Positions 24,571 to 38,075 are shown, numbered from the stretch's first letter. The stretch is DNA of 64,000 nt from Octopus sinensis (GCF_006345805.1 NC_043003.1:70804001-70868000); one strand, 5' to 3'. Made by a program: numbers and translations. Notes: generated by a model not told the origin, from the letters alone.

Positions 24571-25452
24571 TAGTTCACTTCTAATTTAAAATTATTTGAA
24601 TTCTTCCTGTAAGGAAGGAGTTGGTTTCTAACAATAATTCAATGCTTCATCGTTGAAATGCAGATTATAAAAACAGATTCACATTTTGAACTTGAGAATG
24701 TCCTGCATACTTTTACTGTTCTGCTTACAGATTGTATTTGTAATGTGCATCTTAGCTGATTGATTTCTTTTTTTGAAACCCCTAACTTTTCCAGATTGTT
24801 ACTTAGGCATATATCACATGCCCAACATACCCAAATGCACAACTCATTATTGGTATAAATGTGAACTTATAATCTGGAGATAGAAACTGAAGATTTCCAA
24901 AAAGTTGTCCACAGTTGTCCTCTTTTTCCTTGATTTTCGAAGAGACACTCACATTAGCAGGGCCTCTATGACCTCTATGATGGTTCATATCTTTTAATGC
25001 CTGTGCCAAACAACAATATCCAGCCTGTTATGCATCCACTTAACAGATGTTTTGCTGGGAATGTTCCACTATTACCCCTTGTGTTGATGTTTATGCTGAT
25101 ATTCTACAGAAGTGGGAGTCTCTATATTTATCCCAGGACAGTATGCTTTTCAGATGGCATAGTATAATGCTTTAGCGCCGTCATTTCGCATAGGGTAGTA
25201 GTACCGTGATGGCATTTTTGGGCAGCTACTGATAACACGTGTGAGGTCTTCCACAGGATTGTGCCATACACTAATCCTTCGACTATCACGGGTGTTACGT
25301 TCCAAATCAACCCGCAATAGGTGAACCGCGATATGGCGAGGGATTACTGTAATCAACATTTTTGGTTATATTGCGGGGGCCAAGGGCTTCACTCTTTTGT
25401 TTATTAGGTATTCTATAGTAATCTCCCGCTCCTGGATTGCAAACGTATAGCC
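24571..25452 (-). mobile_element. RLE-type (R4/NeSL-like) LINE 3' fragment, between (ATGT)n tracts
   Basis: GYTFAIQEREITIEYLINKR, degenerate zinc knuckle (..EDLTRVISSCPKMPSRYYYPMRND), HNRLDIVVW, GPANV..KIKEKED, LQIQSVSRTVKVCRTF. Confidence 0.8.
25269..25349. mobile_element. 81-bp Tc1/pogo (Tigger-like) MITE with TA target duplication
   Basis: TA at 25267-68 and 25350-51; TIRs cactaatccttcgactatcacgg and ccgcgatatggcgagggattactg; interrupts the zinc-knuckle codons of the LINE. Confidence 0.75.
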
Positions 25453-26320
25453 TATGTATGTATGTATGTATGTATGTATGTATGTATGTATGTATGTGTA
25501 TGTATGTATGTATGTATGTATGTATGCATGCATGTATGCATGCATGTATGTATGCATATATGTGTATGTATGTATATATAAATGAATGAGTGAACGAATG
25601 AACTAAATTCTTGATTGTTCTGTTACTACTACTACAATCACAAAAGGTCAGTAGATTAGCATTATAATTAGGGCACCTGACGAAAAGATCTGTAATATAT
25701 AGTTACGTCCCTTAATGCAGTTAGTTCAAATTTAATAAAGGCTGACTTTTCCCTTCACCTATAAAATGCCAGACAAGCATTGGCTCATACTTAATCTGCT
25801 CTCCCCTTCCCCACTAAATGTGCCGAAAGTAAAATAACTGTTTAAGTCACATAATAAAAAAAAAAAATGAAAGGAAGGCATCGATGGAAATACTTTTATG
25901 CGCAACATGAAGTATTTCAATTTATACAGAAATAGATTTTTATCTCTGAAACCTGTATCGATTCATTTTAATCGAATTTCAACAAATTCTATATGTATGT
26001 ATATGTGACTGTATTTGGGTGTATATATGTATTAGGAAGACGTCTATTATAGACTGCGACTTTGATTCTGTAACGGTAAGCAAAAAAAGAGAGTGAAAAA
26101 AGGAAAAACAACAAAGACAACAATGATATTCATATGTAACCTTGGCACAGATTTTGAGGGGCGGAACGAAATCGATTGACTTGGCCCTACTCTGGGGCCA
26201 GGGAAAATGAAAGCAAAGTCGACACCAGTGGTGTTTGAACTCACGTATAGAGAGAACAACTGCCGAACGTTTAATACGGTACTTTATCATTTCCGTCACA
26301 GAACAGCTATAATAATAATA

Positions 26321-26367
<47 letters not shown>

Positions 26368-26394
26368 AATAATAATAATATAATAATAATAGTA

Positions 26395-26743
26395 ACACGT
26401 TGTCATCTGCTGGCATTGATACATCAATTAGAAAGCATATTTTTTTTCTTCATGATCTCTGACAACTATATCTGGCCTATTGGCCTTAATTTCTCTATCG
26501 GTGTGTACAGAGAAATTAAGGCCAATAGGCCAGATATAGTTGTCAGAGATCATGAAGAAAAAGAAATGCTTTCTAATTGATGTATCAATACCAGCAGATG
26601 ACAACGTGTCTCTAAAAGAAATGGAGAAACTTTCAAAATACAAAGACCTGGAAATAGAGGTAACTAGAATGTGGAATCTAAAAACAGAAACAATTCCCAT
26701 CATAGTAGGTGCATTAGGCATAACAAAAACACCAGGACTTACA
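26395..26743 (+). mobile_element. R4/Dong-like LINE endonuclease fragment with fold-back 5' inversion
   Basis: REIKANRPDIVV..FLIDVSIPADDNVSLKEMEKLSKYKDLEIEVTRMWNLKTETIPIIVGALG; 26395-26497 is an inverted copy of 26509-26611. Confidence 0.85.
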
Positions 26744-26825
26744 GAAGAAGAAGAAGAAGAAGAAGAAGAAGAAGAAGAAGAAGAAGAAGAAGAAGAAGAA
26801 GAAGAAGAAGAAGAAGAAGAAGAAG

Positions 26826-26975
26826 AGTGCCATAGTTGTCATGTGAAATTGGTTGAACGATATTTCGGCATCCAGCGTGCCTTCCACAAGTTCAAAAATT
26901 ACATGTCAGTCTAATTTAAAAAAAAAATATTATATAGGACTGGGGTAACTCCTCCAGAAATTATAGAGAAATAAA
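26826..26975. mobile_element. Family I repeat (PLE-like; hammerhead-like motif on minus strand)
   Basis: Homologous to 31790-32068 (gaagagtgcca..., gatatttcggc..., ggtaactcctccag). Confidence 0.6.
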
Positions 26976-27179
26976 CAGAAATAAACTATTAAACTGCTAG
27001 CTGCTATTATTTATTCAGCTATTCGCCATTCTTTTAAATTTTATTGCCCTGCGAAGAAATTCTTTCAAAGGGAAGTTTTCTGTATAATTAGAAGTGTGTA
27101 AAGTAATTTTGTATTCATTATTCATAAGAAAACTTCCTCAACGGAATTTCACAGTGTAGTAAAACTTAGATAAATTTAG

Positions 27180-27730
27180 ATATGTTTCGGCCATATCTAA
27201 CTAAATAGCACCACTTCACAGAATCTAAGTCACTTTTAAATTGAGATTTGTGGTATCATGGACCATTCACGTAGAAAGTTGTTCTTGATAGAGATGTATC
27301 CAGGTATAGGTAACTTGTTTGGTACCTCCTGAAGAAATGTATCCAAATATCGTTGAAGGTGAAGGGATCTTCTTCTTTGATTTGTTTTTGGATAATGTTA
27401 AATAGAGTAGGGCCTGTTGAGAAAAATTAAATGTGATGCAATGTGTTTATGTGCTTTAGGTCTGGATTGTGTAGCGAGCGTATGGTTCAAGGTCCCAGCC
27501 TTGGATGGATTCCGAATTCGATGTTAAGATCGTTTGGGCAATGCTGGTGGTATATTCTCCACATTGTGAAAATGATGTAGCGCTCACGGTGACGTTGGAG
27601 AGAAAGTTTTAATGTTTTAGGAATTCTCAATAATCACGATCAGTCATGCCTTTTATTTTAATGGTTGCTCTGTGAGGGTGTTTCAGTTTTCGCAATATTT
27701 TGTATGGCATGATAGAATTTGGAAAACAAT
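27180..27730 (-). pseudogene. CR1/L2-like LINE 3' fragment
   Basis: LQRHRERYIIFTMWRI and DTFLQEVPNKLPIPGYISIKNNFLREW, typical of CR1-group C-termini. Confidence 0.75.
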
Positions 27731-28114
27731 AAAACTTTAACCCCCCTTCCCCATCAACCTCGCGGAAATATAGAATAACCTAAACCGAACGTAGAAATAC
27801 AGCCAGGATATAATTTATTGGTTCATTATTTTAGTGTACTATGGATCAAGAATATATTTCCTTTGCCTTATCAGATATCCACGCTAGAATTCAGTTTGAA
27901 CCAAGAGAAAATTGCGTAAACGAAAACAAAATGCTTCAGCATGCATTTAAGATTTGAGATGATTCACCACCAAAGCTTATGGCGCTGAAAACAAGTGAAT
28001 CAAATCTGAATTCTGTTTATCTTTCTCCCAACTCTCTTTCTCTCTCTCTTTTCCCTCCTCTCTCTCTGTCTCTCAATTTATCTATTTACTTATTTATCTA
28101 TCTATGTATCTATC

Positions 28115-28160
<46 letters not shown>

Positions 28161-28570
28161 ACGGTAGCATAAAACTTAGTAAGAGAGAGAACAAAACGCA
28201 TCTGCTGCTACTGTGTGTAACTTCGGAGAGAAAAAAAGAAAATGAAAGTGAGAAAAAAAAAGAAGGTAGGAAAGGAAGAAGCCATGCGTTAGGATTAGAG
28301 AGAAAGAAATATTGAGAGTAGAAGGGAAAAAAAATACTTTACAGCAATAGAGAAAGAGAGACGAAATGACAAACGATGCTACTGAGAAAGATTCATTGAG
28401 GACTGGACGAAAGGGGAAAGCAGACGACATGTCACGGGACCAACATTTACGATAGGGAAAAATTATTATTTTATTTTATATTAGTTATACACCAGAGAAA
28501 TGTACAGAAAATTTGACAAACAAACAGAAATGATGATCATCGGCTGTTTTCATAGCGTGTAGAGGTTCCA

Positions 28571-28641
<71 letters not shown>

Positions 28642-29138
28642 CTATTACAGTTCCATTATAGGGATGATCAACAAAAATAGCTCTCCTTCCAGTGAGAGAT
28701 AAACATATTTTAAAGTACACAATTACAAAAAAGCTCTTAATAGTTTCATGCTTTAAGATACATTAAATAGGCAGATTTATATCACATGGCATTTATCTCC
28801 ATACAATCTTTCAGGCTCAGCCCATAACATCATAGCTATTTAAAATCCAGGAGGCTGATCTATGAGAAAGACAAAAACGAGAAGAAAAAAATCGTAAACA
28901 AGGTTGTTGCAAAGAATGGAACAAGAAGAAAAAAAAGTAAGAGAAAGAAGATCTTCGTCCACTTTGACTGTAGAAATCATAAATGATGAAAACAGGACAA
29001 CGTCTAGCGTTATGAACAGAGGCTGAAAGATTGCTTGAAGATACACGGTATGTTGAATATATCTGCCAATTTAGTGTATCTTAAAGCATGAAATTATTAG
29101 TAGCACTTGTGTAATTGTGTATATGAAATGATATATAT

Positions 29139-29214
<76 letters not shown>

Positions 29215-29218
<4 letters not shown>

Positions 29219-29553
29219 TCTATTACTTGTTTCAGTCATTTGACTGCGGTCATGCTGGAGCACCGCCTTCAGTCGAGCAAATCGACCCCAGGACTTATAC
29301 TTTGTAAGCCTAGTACTTATTCTATCGATCTCTTTTGCCGAACTGCTAGGTTACGGGGACGTAAACATACCAGCATCGGTTGTCAAGCAATGTTGGAGGT
29401 GGGGGGGCAAACACAGACACACAAACACATGTACAGACATACATATATATATATAAATACATATATAGGACGGGCTTCTTTCAGTTTCCGTCTACCAAAT
29501 CCACTCACAAGGCTTTGGTCGGCCCGAGGCTGTAGTAGAAGACACTTGCCCAA
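29215..29553 (-). mobile_element. SINE A, head truncated
   Basis: Reverse-complement tail, microsatellite and partial head up to cttgcccaa. Confidence 0.9.
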
Positions 29554-29787
29554 CACATGGCTATGATGTTCCCCCACTACTTCTGCACATGATCAGAGAT
29601 GCACATATTGTCAGCCACTAAGGGACATTCTCAACTGGTTAAGGTCAAACAACTGACAAGCAAATCTGTGGCATTGAGCAGAATATTTGCTGTAGCCCTT
29701 CTTTTATACCAAAACAAAACAATGTACATGATAACACTTCCAATCAGTTAAGATCAGAAAGCCACTGCCTGGTACTGCATCAGGGTA
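29551..29787 (-). mobile_element. Family H non-autonomous repeat, partial
   Basis: Matches 52590-52815 (gatcagagatgcacatat...ggtactgcatca), followed by (TTA)n. Confidence 0.8.
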
Positions 29788-29827
29788 TTTATTATTATTA
29801 TTATTTTATTATTGTTTTTATTATTAT

Positions 29828-30523
29828 TTTTTTCTTCTTTCAAATTTGCTTCCATTTCTTGCCGAGTGTCTTCCCGACTCCTAGGGCAAAGAAACTCATA
29901 GTATACATTGGTAGGCCATTAAACTAAACTCAATAGTTCGTTCATTTTTTTTTTAAGTTAAATTAGAATACATGGGTAGTAATAGTTCTCACATCGACAA
30001 TGCTCTTCTCAATACGTGTGATGTACCAGTTAAGACAATCTTTTGCACTTCTTGCAGGGATGGTAAGCCAGGGATCATTCTCATATAATTTTCGGTTCCC
30101 TTCTTGATCATTCCTAGTGCTCCTACGATCACTGGTATTGTAACCGCCTTCAGATGCCACATTTTCTCAATTTCAATGAGTAGGTCTTTATATTTTCTGA
30201 GCTTGTCAAACTCTTTCGCCGAGATATTACGATCACAGGGGATGCTCATGTCGATCAATAAGCAAACTTTATTGTTTTGGTCTTTCACAACAATATCCGG
30301 TTTATTGGCTTTGATGGTTCGGTCTGTATGTATTGGAAAGTCCCACAGAATCGTTACATTTTCTCCTTCAGTTACAGCTTCAGGGTGGTGATTATACCAC
30401 TTGTCGGCAGTTTTGATATTGTAATGCCGACTTATTAGCCAGTGTAGATATTAGCCAACTCTGTCATGTCTTAATTTATACACCACTGGTGCTAAGACTT
30501 TACATCCAGAGATTAGGTGGTCC
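29828..30523 (-). mobile_element. R4/Dong-like LINE (family a) 3' fragment in a (TAA)n tract
   Basis: ORF 29989-30288 (LLIDMSIPCD..KYKDLLIEIEKMW..PVIVGALG); near-identical to 32169-32873. Confidence 0.9.
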
Positions 30524-30547
30524 TATTATTATTATTATTATTTTTAC

Positions 30548-30628
<81 letters not shown>

Positions 30629-30856
30629 GTAATACATCGTATGGTATACACCTTGTAGCTTACCGGTAAGGTACGTTCACTTTCACAGTGTTATTTGGGT
30701 ATTTGATTGATGAGAGAGACGGAATATGGAAGATACAAGAATCTTTAAACCCCACGAGGAATCGATGCTGGGTGGGTGGAAACAATTGTAGTGATTAACA
30801 AATATTCTCGTATCTTCCATCTTCCGTCTCTCATTAATCAAAAATGTGTGTGTGTG

Positions 30857-30896
<40 letters not shown>

Positions 30897-31483
30897 CACA
30901 AATACACACACATTCACACACCAGGAGATTCTGTGGACGTCGAGAAGGGATAATGAGATAAGGACATTGGGTCCAACGTTGAAGCCACAAGGAGACTTTG
31001 GACTTTTAGCAGTTTCAACAGTTCTTCGAGTTTTAATACTGCTAAGTTATGGTTTAAAGAACCGATTTCCTTCGCGACATCCTAAGAAGACAAATGTTTT
31101 CAACAATCAATAACAATTAAAGAAAACAAAACAAAATAGAAAGAAACGTAAATATTTGTTCATTTAAATGGAAAATTTATTGGTTTCCAATTGCGGAATA
31201 AGGTCAGTAAGTTCAAGGGAGCAATTAAGTCAATTCATCGCCCCCAGTGCTTAACTGGTACTTATTTCATTGACCCCAATGGATGAAAGGCAAAGTCGAT
31301 TTGCAATTCAAAACATAAAGACAAACAAAATGCGTCAAAGCATTTTTGCCGGAGGGGCTAACGTTGCTGCCATCTTCAGATCAATAATTTATGGAAACTT
31401 TCAGTGCATTCACAAGAATTCCTTTGGTGATTGCAATAGTTTAGAAGTGAGAAATGCAATAACTGAAATGAATAGGCTTTAAA

Positions 31484-31728
31484 TTCTTCTTCTTCTTCTT
31501 CTTCTTCTTCTTCTTCTTCTTCTTCTCTTCTTCTTCTTCTTCTTCTTCTTCTTCTTCTTCTTCTTTCTTCTTCTCTCTTCTTCTTCTTCTTCTTCTTCTT
31601 CTTCTTCTTCTTCTTCTTCTTCTTCTTCTTCTTCTTCTTCTTCTTCTTCTTCTTCTTCTTCTTCTTCTTCTTCTTCTCTTCTTCTTCTTCTTCTTCTTCT
31701 TCTTCTTCTTCTTCTTCTTCGTCTTCTT

Positions 31729-31759
<31 letters not shown>

Positions 31760-31780
31760 TTATTATTATTATTATTATTA
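31484..31780. repeat. (TTC)n then (TTA)n microsatellite
   Basis: Directly visible. Confidence 0.95.
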
Positions 31781-31789
31781 GAGTATAAT

Positions 31790-32168
<379 letters not shown>

Positions 32169-34302
32169 GTCTTTTTTTTTCTTCATCTTTCAAATTTGCT
32201 TCCATTTCTTCCCGAGTGTCTTCTCGACTCCTAGGGCAAAGAAACTCATAGTATACATTGGTAGGCCATTAAACTAAACTCAATAGTTCGTTCATTTTTT
32301 TTTTTAAGTTAAATTAGAATACATGGGTAGTAATAGTTCTCACATCGACAATGCTCTTCTCAATACGTGTGATGTACCAGTTAAGACAATCTTTTGCACT
32401 TCTTGCAGGGATGGTAAGCCAGGGATCATTCTCATATAATTTTCGGTTCCCTTCTTGATCATTCCTAGTGCTCCTACGATCACTGGTATTGTAACCGCCT
32501 TCAGATGCCACATTTTCTCAATTTCAATGAGCAGGTCTTTATATTTTCTGAGCTTGTCAAACTCTTTCGCCGAGATATTATGATCACAGGGGATGCTCAT
32601 GTCGATCAATAAGCAAACTTTATTGTTTTGGTCTTTCACAACAATATCCGGTTTATTGGCTTTGATGGTTCGGTCTGTATGTACTGGAAAGACCCACAGA
32701 ATCGTTACATTTTCTCCTTCAGTTACAGCTTCAGGGTGGTGATTATACCACTTGTCGGCAGTTTTGATATTGTAATGCCGACTTATTAGCCAGTAGAGAT
32801 ATTGGCCAACTCTGTCATGTCTTAGTTTATACTCCACTGGTGCTAAGACGTTACATCCAGAGATTAGGTGGTCCATTGTTTCAATCATGTCGTTGCAGAA
32901 TCGGCATTTTGGGTCTGCTCCATTTTTCATCACATTGGCCTGGTAGTTCCGGGTTAATAGGCTTTGATCTTGAGCAGCCAGGATGAAACCTTCGCTCTCT
33001 GCTTTTAGCCCTGAGCTCCGTAGCTACTGATGGGTTTGCTTCTGGTCAACATCAGCTTGTTTGCTACAGGTCACATATTTGCCGTGCAGAGGTTTCTCCT
33101 TCCACCTATCAGCCAATTGCTCGTGCGCTTTTTTCGTTGCCATTATTTTCACCTTCTTTGCAACAATAGTTGCCGTACTTCCCTCGGGCTGTTCAGTTTG
33201 GGGATCCTGCACGAGATCAATAGCAAATGTTTTGCTTTCCTCTATGATAGAATGAAGCTTCTTTCGTCTCTCGTGATTTTCCACGAACTTTAGCATCCAG
33301 TCATTCGTTATTTCAAGATATTTGGCCAGTCTAATTGTGGTTGTTTTGTAAGCTAGTTCAAATTGGATCAGGCCTCGACCTCCTTGGGCTCTGGGGAGGT
33401 AAAGGCGATCTACGTCTGCCTTTGGGTGGTGCATCCTATTACAACTCAGCAGCTTGCGTATTTTCCTATCTATATTCTTTACGTCACTCATATTCCAGTT
33501 CAACACATTGTAGCTATAAGTAACAACTGGAACTGCTAAGGAATTTATAGCTAACACCTTGTTACGTGCATTTAGTTCAGATTTCAGGACTGCACGCACT
33601 CTCCTATAACATTCCTTCCTGATCTTCTCTTTCATGCTTGCATGCTGAATACCAGAGCCTTCATTTATCCCTAAATATTTGTATGTTTGTTCTTGTTCAA
33701 GCTCTCTTATGACTGTGTCAACATCTAACACGACTGAATTTGTGGTCTTCACTTTCCCTTTCTGGAAAGTGGCCTTGGCACACTTCCCAAGCCCAAACTC
33801 CATCCCGATGTCATCGCTAAATGCTTTCACAGTGCGCAATAGGCCTTCAAGTTCATTATCGTCTTTACCATAGAGTTTTAAGTCATCCATATAAAATAGA
33901 TGGCTTATTTTTTCATTGGCAATTTTATACCCATACCCTGTTCTGTTTAATTCACTTGTAAGGGGTATTAGGGCTATGCAGAATATTAAAGGTGAAAGTG
34001 AGCACCTTGAAAAATTCCACAGTTGATGTTTATATTCTCTGAGGCAAGTACTCCATTAGAGTGGTATAATTGGAGATTCGTATTCCACAACGACATGTGC
34101 TTCAGGAAGCTTGAAATCACAGGGGAAATTTTGAAGATGTCCGGCGATCTCAAGATCCATGGATGCGGTATACTGTCGAAGGCCTTTTTATAGTCAATCC
34201 ATGCGGAGCTGAGATTTCTGCGCTTGTCGTGACAGTTCTCAAGGATCATACAATTAATTAGCAGTTGATCTTTGCATCCGTATGAGCCTCGGCGGCACCC
34301 TT

Positions 34303-34308
<6 letters not shown>
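32169..34308 (-). mobile_element. R4/Dong-like non-LTR retrotransposon (family a), 5'-truncated, frameshifted RT-CCHC-RLE
   Basis: ORFs 33986-34249 (AWIDYKKAFDS..GIFQG), 33024-33890 (YMDDLKLY..YKYLG), 32340-32933 (CRFC..ETMDHLISGC..LRHD, KPDIVV..LIDMSIP); (TTA)n on both sides. Confidence 0.92.
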
Positions 34309-34335
<27 letters not shown>

Positions 34336-34367
34336 GTTGTTGTTGTTGTTGTTGTTGTTGTTATTAC

Positions 34368-34680
34368 TTATTGCCTTTGCACAGCTTCTTACGCTGGAGA
34401 TGTACTACAGTGTCAGCTGTTCACTACCTGTGAACTAAGGTAACACCCCTTATTTTTCGAGCACCTTCCGGAGTATTCGAGTGTTTCCAAGCAGTGCTGT
34501 TTTCTGCAAATGATCCACCCCTATTGCAGCCCCTATTTGATCCAAGTACTTCTCGAGATTTTTGCTCACTGTTCCCAGGGTTCCGACAATTATTGGTACT
34601 ACTGCTACCTTTTTCATCGACCACAACTGCTTAACTTCCGAAGCTAACCTGTCATATCCCTTGACTTTTCTTTGTTTCTT
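34368..34680 (-). mobile_element. R4/Dong-like LINE (family c) 3' end
   Basis: ..IIVGTLGTVSKNLEKY..HLQKTALL; 3' end shared with 52915-53640; flanked by (TTA)/(TTG) tracts. Confidence 0.85.
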
Positions 34681-34726
34681 ATTGCTATTATTATTATTAT
34701 TATTATTATTGTTATTATTATTATCA

Positions 34727-34791
<65 letters not shown>

Positions 34792-34793
<2 letters not shown>

Positions 34794-37114
34794 ATGTTTG
34801 ACTTTTGCTTTATATTTGTACAAGTTGGCTCCAAGTCTCACCCGGAGACCTCAAGAGACAACAGGTTGGAAGTTCACGTTGTTGTTATGCCTAGTGTGCC
34901 ATATATTTGGTTGTTTTTTTGTGTTGTACTGGTGGATGTCTAAAAAAAAAATTAAAAAAATAAAAACTGTTTGTTTTAAACCTTGAGATTACATAGAAAG
35001 TATTTTGCGTAGGATATGAGCAGTTACCATGAGCACTATCTTTTGAATTTCTGCCATTTTTGGGTTTCCTGGTATCTGAGTTAGGTAGCTATCAGCCCCT
35101 TTTGCTATCATTCCCAGGGCACCTATGACAACAGGTATTGTTTTAGTCTTCAGGTTCCACATTTTGCTGATTTCTATTTCAAGATCTTTATATTTGCTCA
35201 GTTTTTGGTAGGTCTTGACAGATACGTTTATATCGATTGCGACAGTCATATCAATGAGGAGGCATGCTCTTTGCTTGAAGTCTTTCAATATGATGTCTGG
35301 CCTATTTGCATTTATCTTTCTGTCAGTTTGAATGGTGAAGTTCCAGAGGAGTGAGATGTGGTCATTTTCAAGCACTGGGGGTGGTTCCCACCAGTTTTTT
35401 TCATGGGGCAAATCCAGGTTTTTGCAGATTACCCAGTGAATATATTGTGCAGCTCTATCATGCCTGTTGAGATACTCTGTAGGTGCTAGAAGACTGCACT
35501 TGGAGACCACATGATCAATGGTTTCATTTTGTTGCTGGCATACACGACACGTTGGACTGCTGCTGATCTTTAATAAGTTGGCCTGATAGTTTCTTGTTGG
35601 TAGGCATTGATCTTGAGCTGCTATGATAAACCCCTCTGTTTCAGATTTTAAGCCAGAGGCCATTAGCCATTGATGGGTCAGGGCTTTGTCAACATCTGCA
35701 TTATTCGCTCTCTTTGGGTATTTGCCATAGAGAGGTTTTTCTTGCCATTTATCATTCAGAATATCTAAGGCCGCAGATTTAGCACGGGTTTTCATGCGCT
35801 TAGCTTTTTCTGTGCCTGTTTCTTGTATGTCTATCTCTAATTCCGAAATTTGTTGTATTCGGAATTCACTTAGATATTCCTTTGCCTGTTTTGTTACTGA
35901 GTATGATGCTTTCTTGTTTTCATGTTTTGAGACAAGTTTTAACGTCCAGTTCTCAGAGTTTTTCAGGTAGGTGTCTAGGCCAATTGTAGCAATCTTCATT
36001 GTTACTGCCAGTTGTAAAAGTCCACGGCCTCCCTCTTTTCTTGGCAGATAAAGTCGTTCTGTATCTGCCTTAGGGTGGTGCATTCTATGCATTGTCAACA
36101 GTTTTCGTATTTTCTGTCAAAATTACATATTTCAGTAATTGACCAGTTAACGATATTGAAACTGTAAGTCACGACTGGTATGGCTAATGCATTGATCGCT
36201 TCGATCCTGTTTCTCGCATTCAGCTCTGTCTTGAGTATTGCTCTTACTCTGCGATAATATTCTCTCCTGAGCCTTTCCTTCATCTCTGAATGCCTTATTC
36301 CGTCTCCTTCAATTACCCCTAGATACTTGTAGTTCTCCGCTGGGTCTAATTCTTTTATGACATTCTGCTGGTCAAGGTTAACGTTAGATGTTTCTGTCAT
36401 TTTTCCTTTGATAAAGGTAGCTTTTGCACACTTATCGAGGCCGAATTGCATTCTGATGTCATCACTGAATTGTTTGACAGTCGCTAGTAAGCCCTTGAGT
36501 TGTTGGTCATTTTTTGCAAAGAGCTTTAAATCATCCATGTAAATGAGATGATTTATATTTTTATCAAACATTTTATATCCGTACTGCGCGTCATTGAGCA
36601 GATTTGAGAGAGGTATTAAATGCTAAACAGAAGAGGAGTGGTGATAATGAGTCACCCTGGAAAATGCCACATGAAATTTTTACATCATCAGCATTTAGAG
36701 ATTCATTGTCGCTGTTCAAAGTTAGTGTGGTTCTCCATGATCTCATACTTATAGACAAAAAGTTTCGCAGAGTAGGTGCTATCTTATACATTTCTAGACA
36801 TTTCTTAATCCAGCTATGTGGTAGGCTATCAAAAGCCTTTTTATAGTCTATCCAGGCTATTGATAAGTTTTTGTGTCGTTTGTGACAATCTTCTAAGATC
36901 ATCTTATTGATGAATAGTTGATCTTTACAACCGTAGGATCCACGTTTACATCCTTTCTGTTCATTAGGGAATATGCTGCTGTCTGTCAAAAAACTATTGG
37001 TATATTCCGTCAGGACAGATGTTAGTGTTTTATACATAGTTGTTAAGCAGGTTATGGGTCTATAGTTTTTTGGTTCATTTGTTCCTTCACTTTTTGGAAA
37101 CAGGAATGTTAACC

Positions 37115-37115
<1 letters not shown>
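34792..37115 (-). mobile_element. R4/Dong-like non-LTR retrotransposon (family b), 5'-truncated, two frameshifts
   Basis: ORFs 36591-37037 (EQKGC..GIFQGDSLSPLLF), 36095-36571 (YMDDLKL..YKYLG), 34989-36098 (369 aa; CRVC..ETIDHVVSKC..NRHD; RPDII..LLIDMTV); (TTA)n on both sides. Confidence 0.93.
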
Positions 37116-37182
<67 letters not shown>

Positions 37183-37281
37183 TATTATTATCATTATTAT
37201 TATTATCATTATTATTATCATCATCATCATATTATTATTATCATTATCATCATCATCATCATCATCATCATTATTATTATT

Positions 37282-37450
37282 AAGGCAATGAGCTGGTAGA
37301 ATCGTTATCACGCTGGGCAAAATGTTTAGCGGCATTTCGTCACTCTTTACGATTTGAGTTCAAATTCTACCGAGGTCGACTTTGTCTTTCGGGGTCAATG
37401 AGATAAGTACCAGTTGAGTACTGGGGGTGGTGTGATCGACTTGCCCCCTG
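37282..37450 (+). mobile_element. SINE C
   Basis: aaggcaatgagctggtagaatcgtta...gagttcaaattc...gtcgactttg...ataagtaccag. Confidence 0.8.
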
Positions 37451-37499
37451 TAATGTTTTGTTGAAGTGAGTTATTTTCAAACACAAAGGCTATATATTC

Positions 37500-38075
37500 C
37501 ACATCTCTCTGTCTCTTTCTTTCTCTCTCCCTCCTTCTCCCTCTCCCCTTCCCTCTCCCTCCTCTCTCTTTTTCTCTCTGCCTCCTTCTCTCTCTCCCTC
37601 CTCTCTTTCTCTCCACTCCTCCTTCTCTCCTTCTCCTTCTCTCTCTCTTTCTCTCTCTACCCCTCTTTCTCTCTGCCCTCCTTCTCTCTCTCCCTTCTTC
37701 TCTGTCTGTCTCTGTCTGTCTGGCTCTCTCTCTCCTCACTCTTTCTCTCCCTCCCTCCTTTCTCTCTCCCCTCTTCTCTCCCTCCCCTCCTTCTCTCCCC
37801 TCCTCTTTCTCTTTCTCTCTTTTCCCCTCTTTCTCTCTCTCCTTCCTTCTCTCTCTCTCTCTCTCCCTCCTTATCTATTTCTCCCTCCTTCTCTCTCTCC
37901 TTCTCTCCCTCCCCTCCTTCTCTCTCCTTCCTTCTTTCTCGCTTTCTATCTCTCTTTCTCTCTCTCTTTTTCTCTTTCTCTCTCTCTCCTTCCTTCTCTC
38001 TCTTCCTCCTTCTCTCTCTGTGTCTCTGTCTGTCTGTCTGACTCCGTCTCTCTCTCTCTCTCTCTTCCTTTCTCA
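37500..38075. repeat. (TC)-rich low-complexity polypyrimidine tract
   Basis: Directly visible; explains the 191-aa S/L/F ORF. Confidence 0.95.

Noticed and set aside
34989-36098. 369-aa ORF as a host gene
   Set aside because: It is the thumb/CCHC/RLE part of a 5'-truncated, frameshifted R4-like retrotransposon.
34308-37115. Similar 5' truncation points of R4 families a and b as programmed truncation
   Set aside because: The break points differ by roughly 60 codons and other copies truncate elsewhere.
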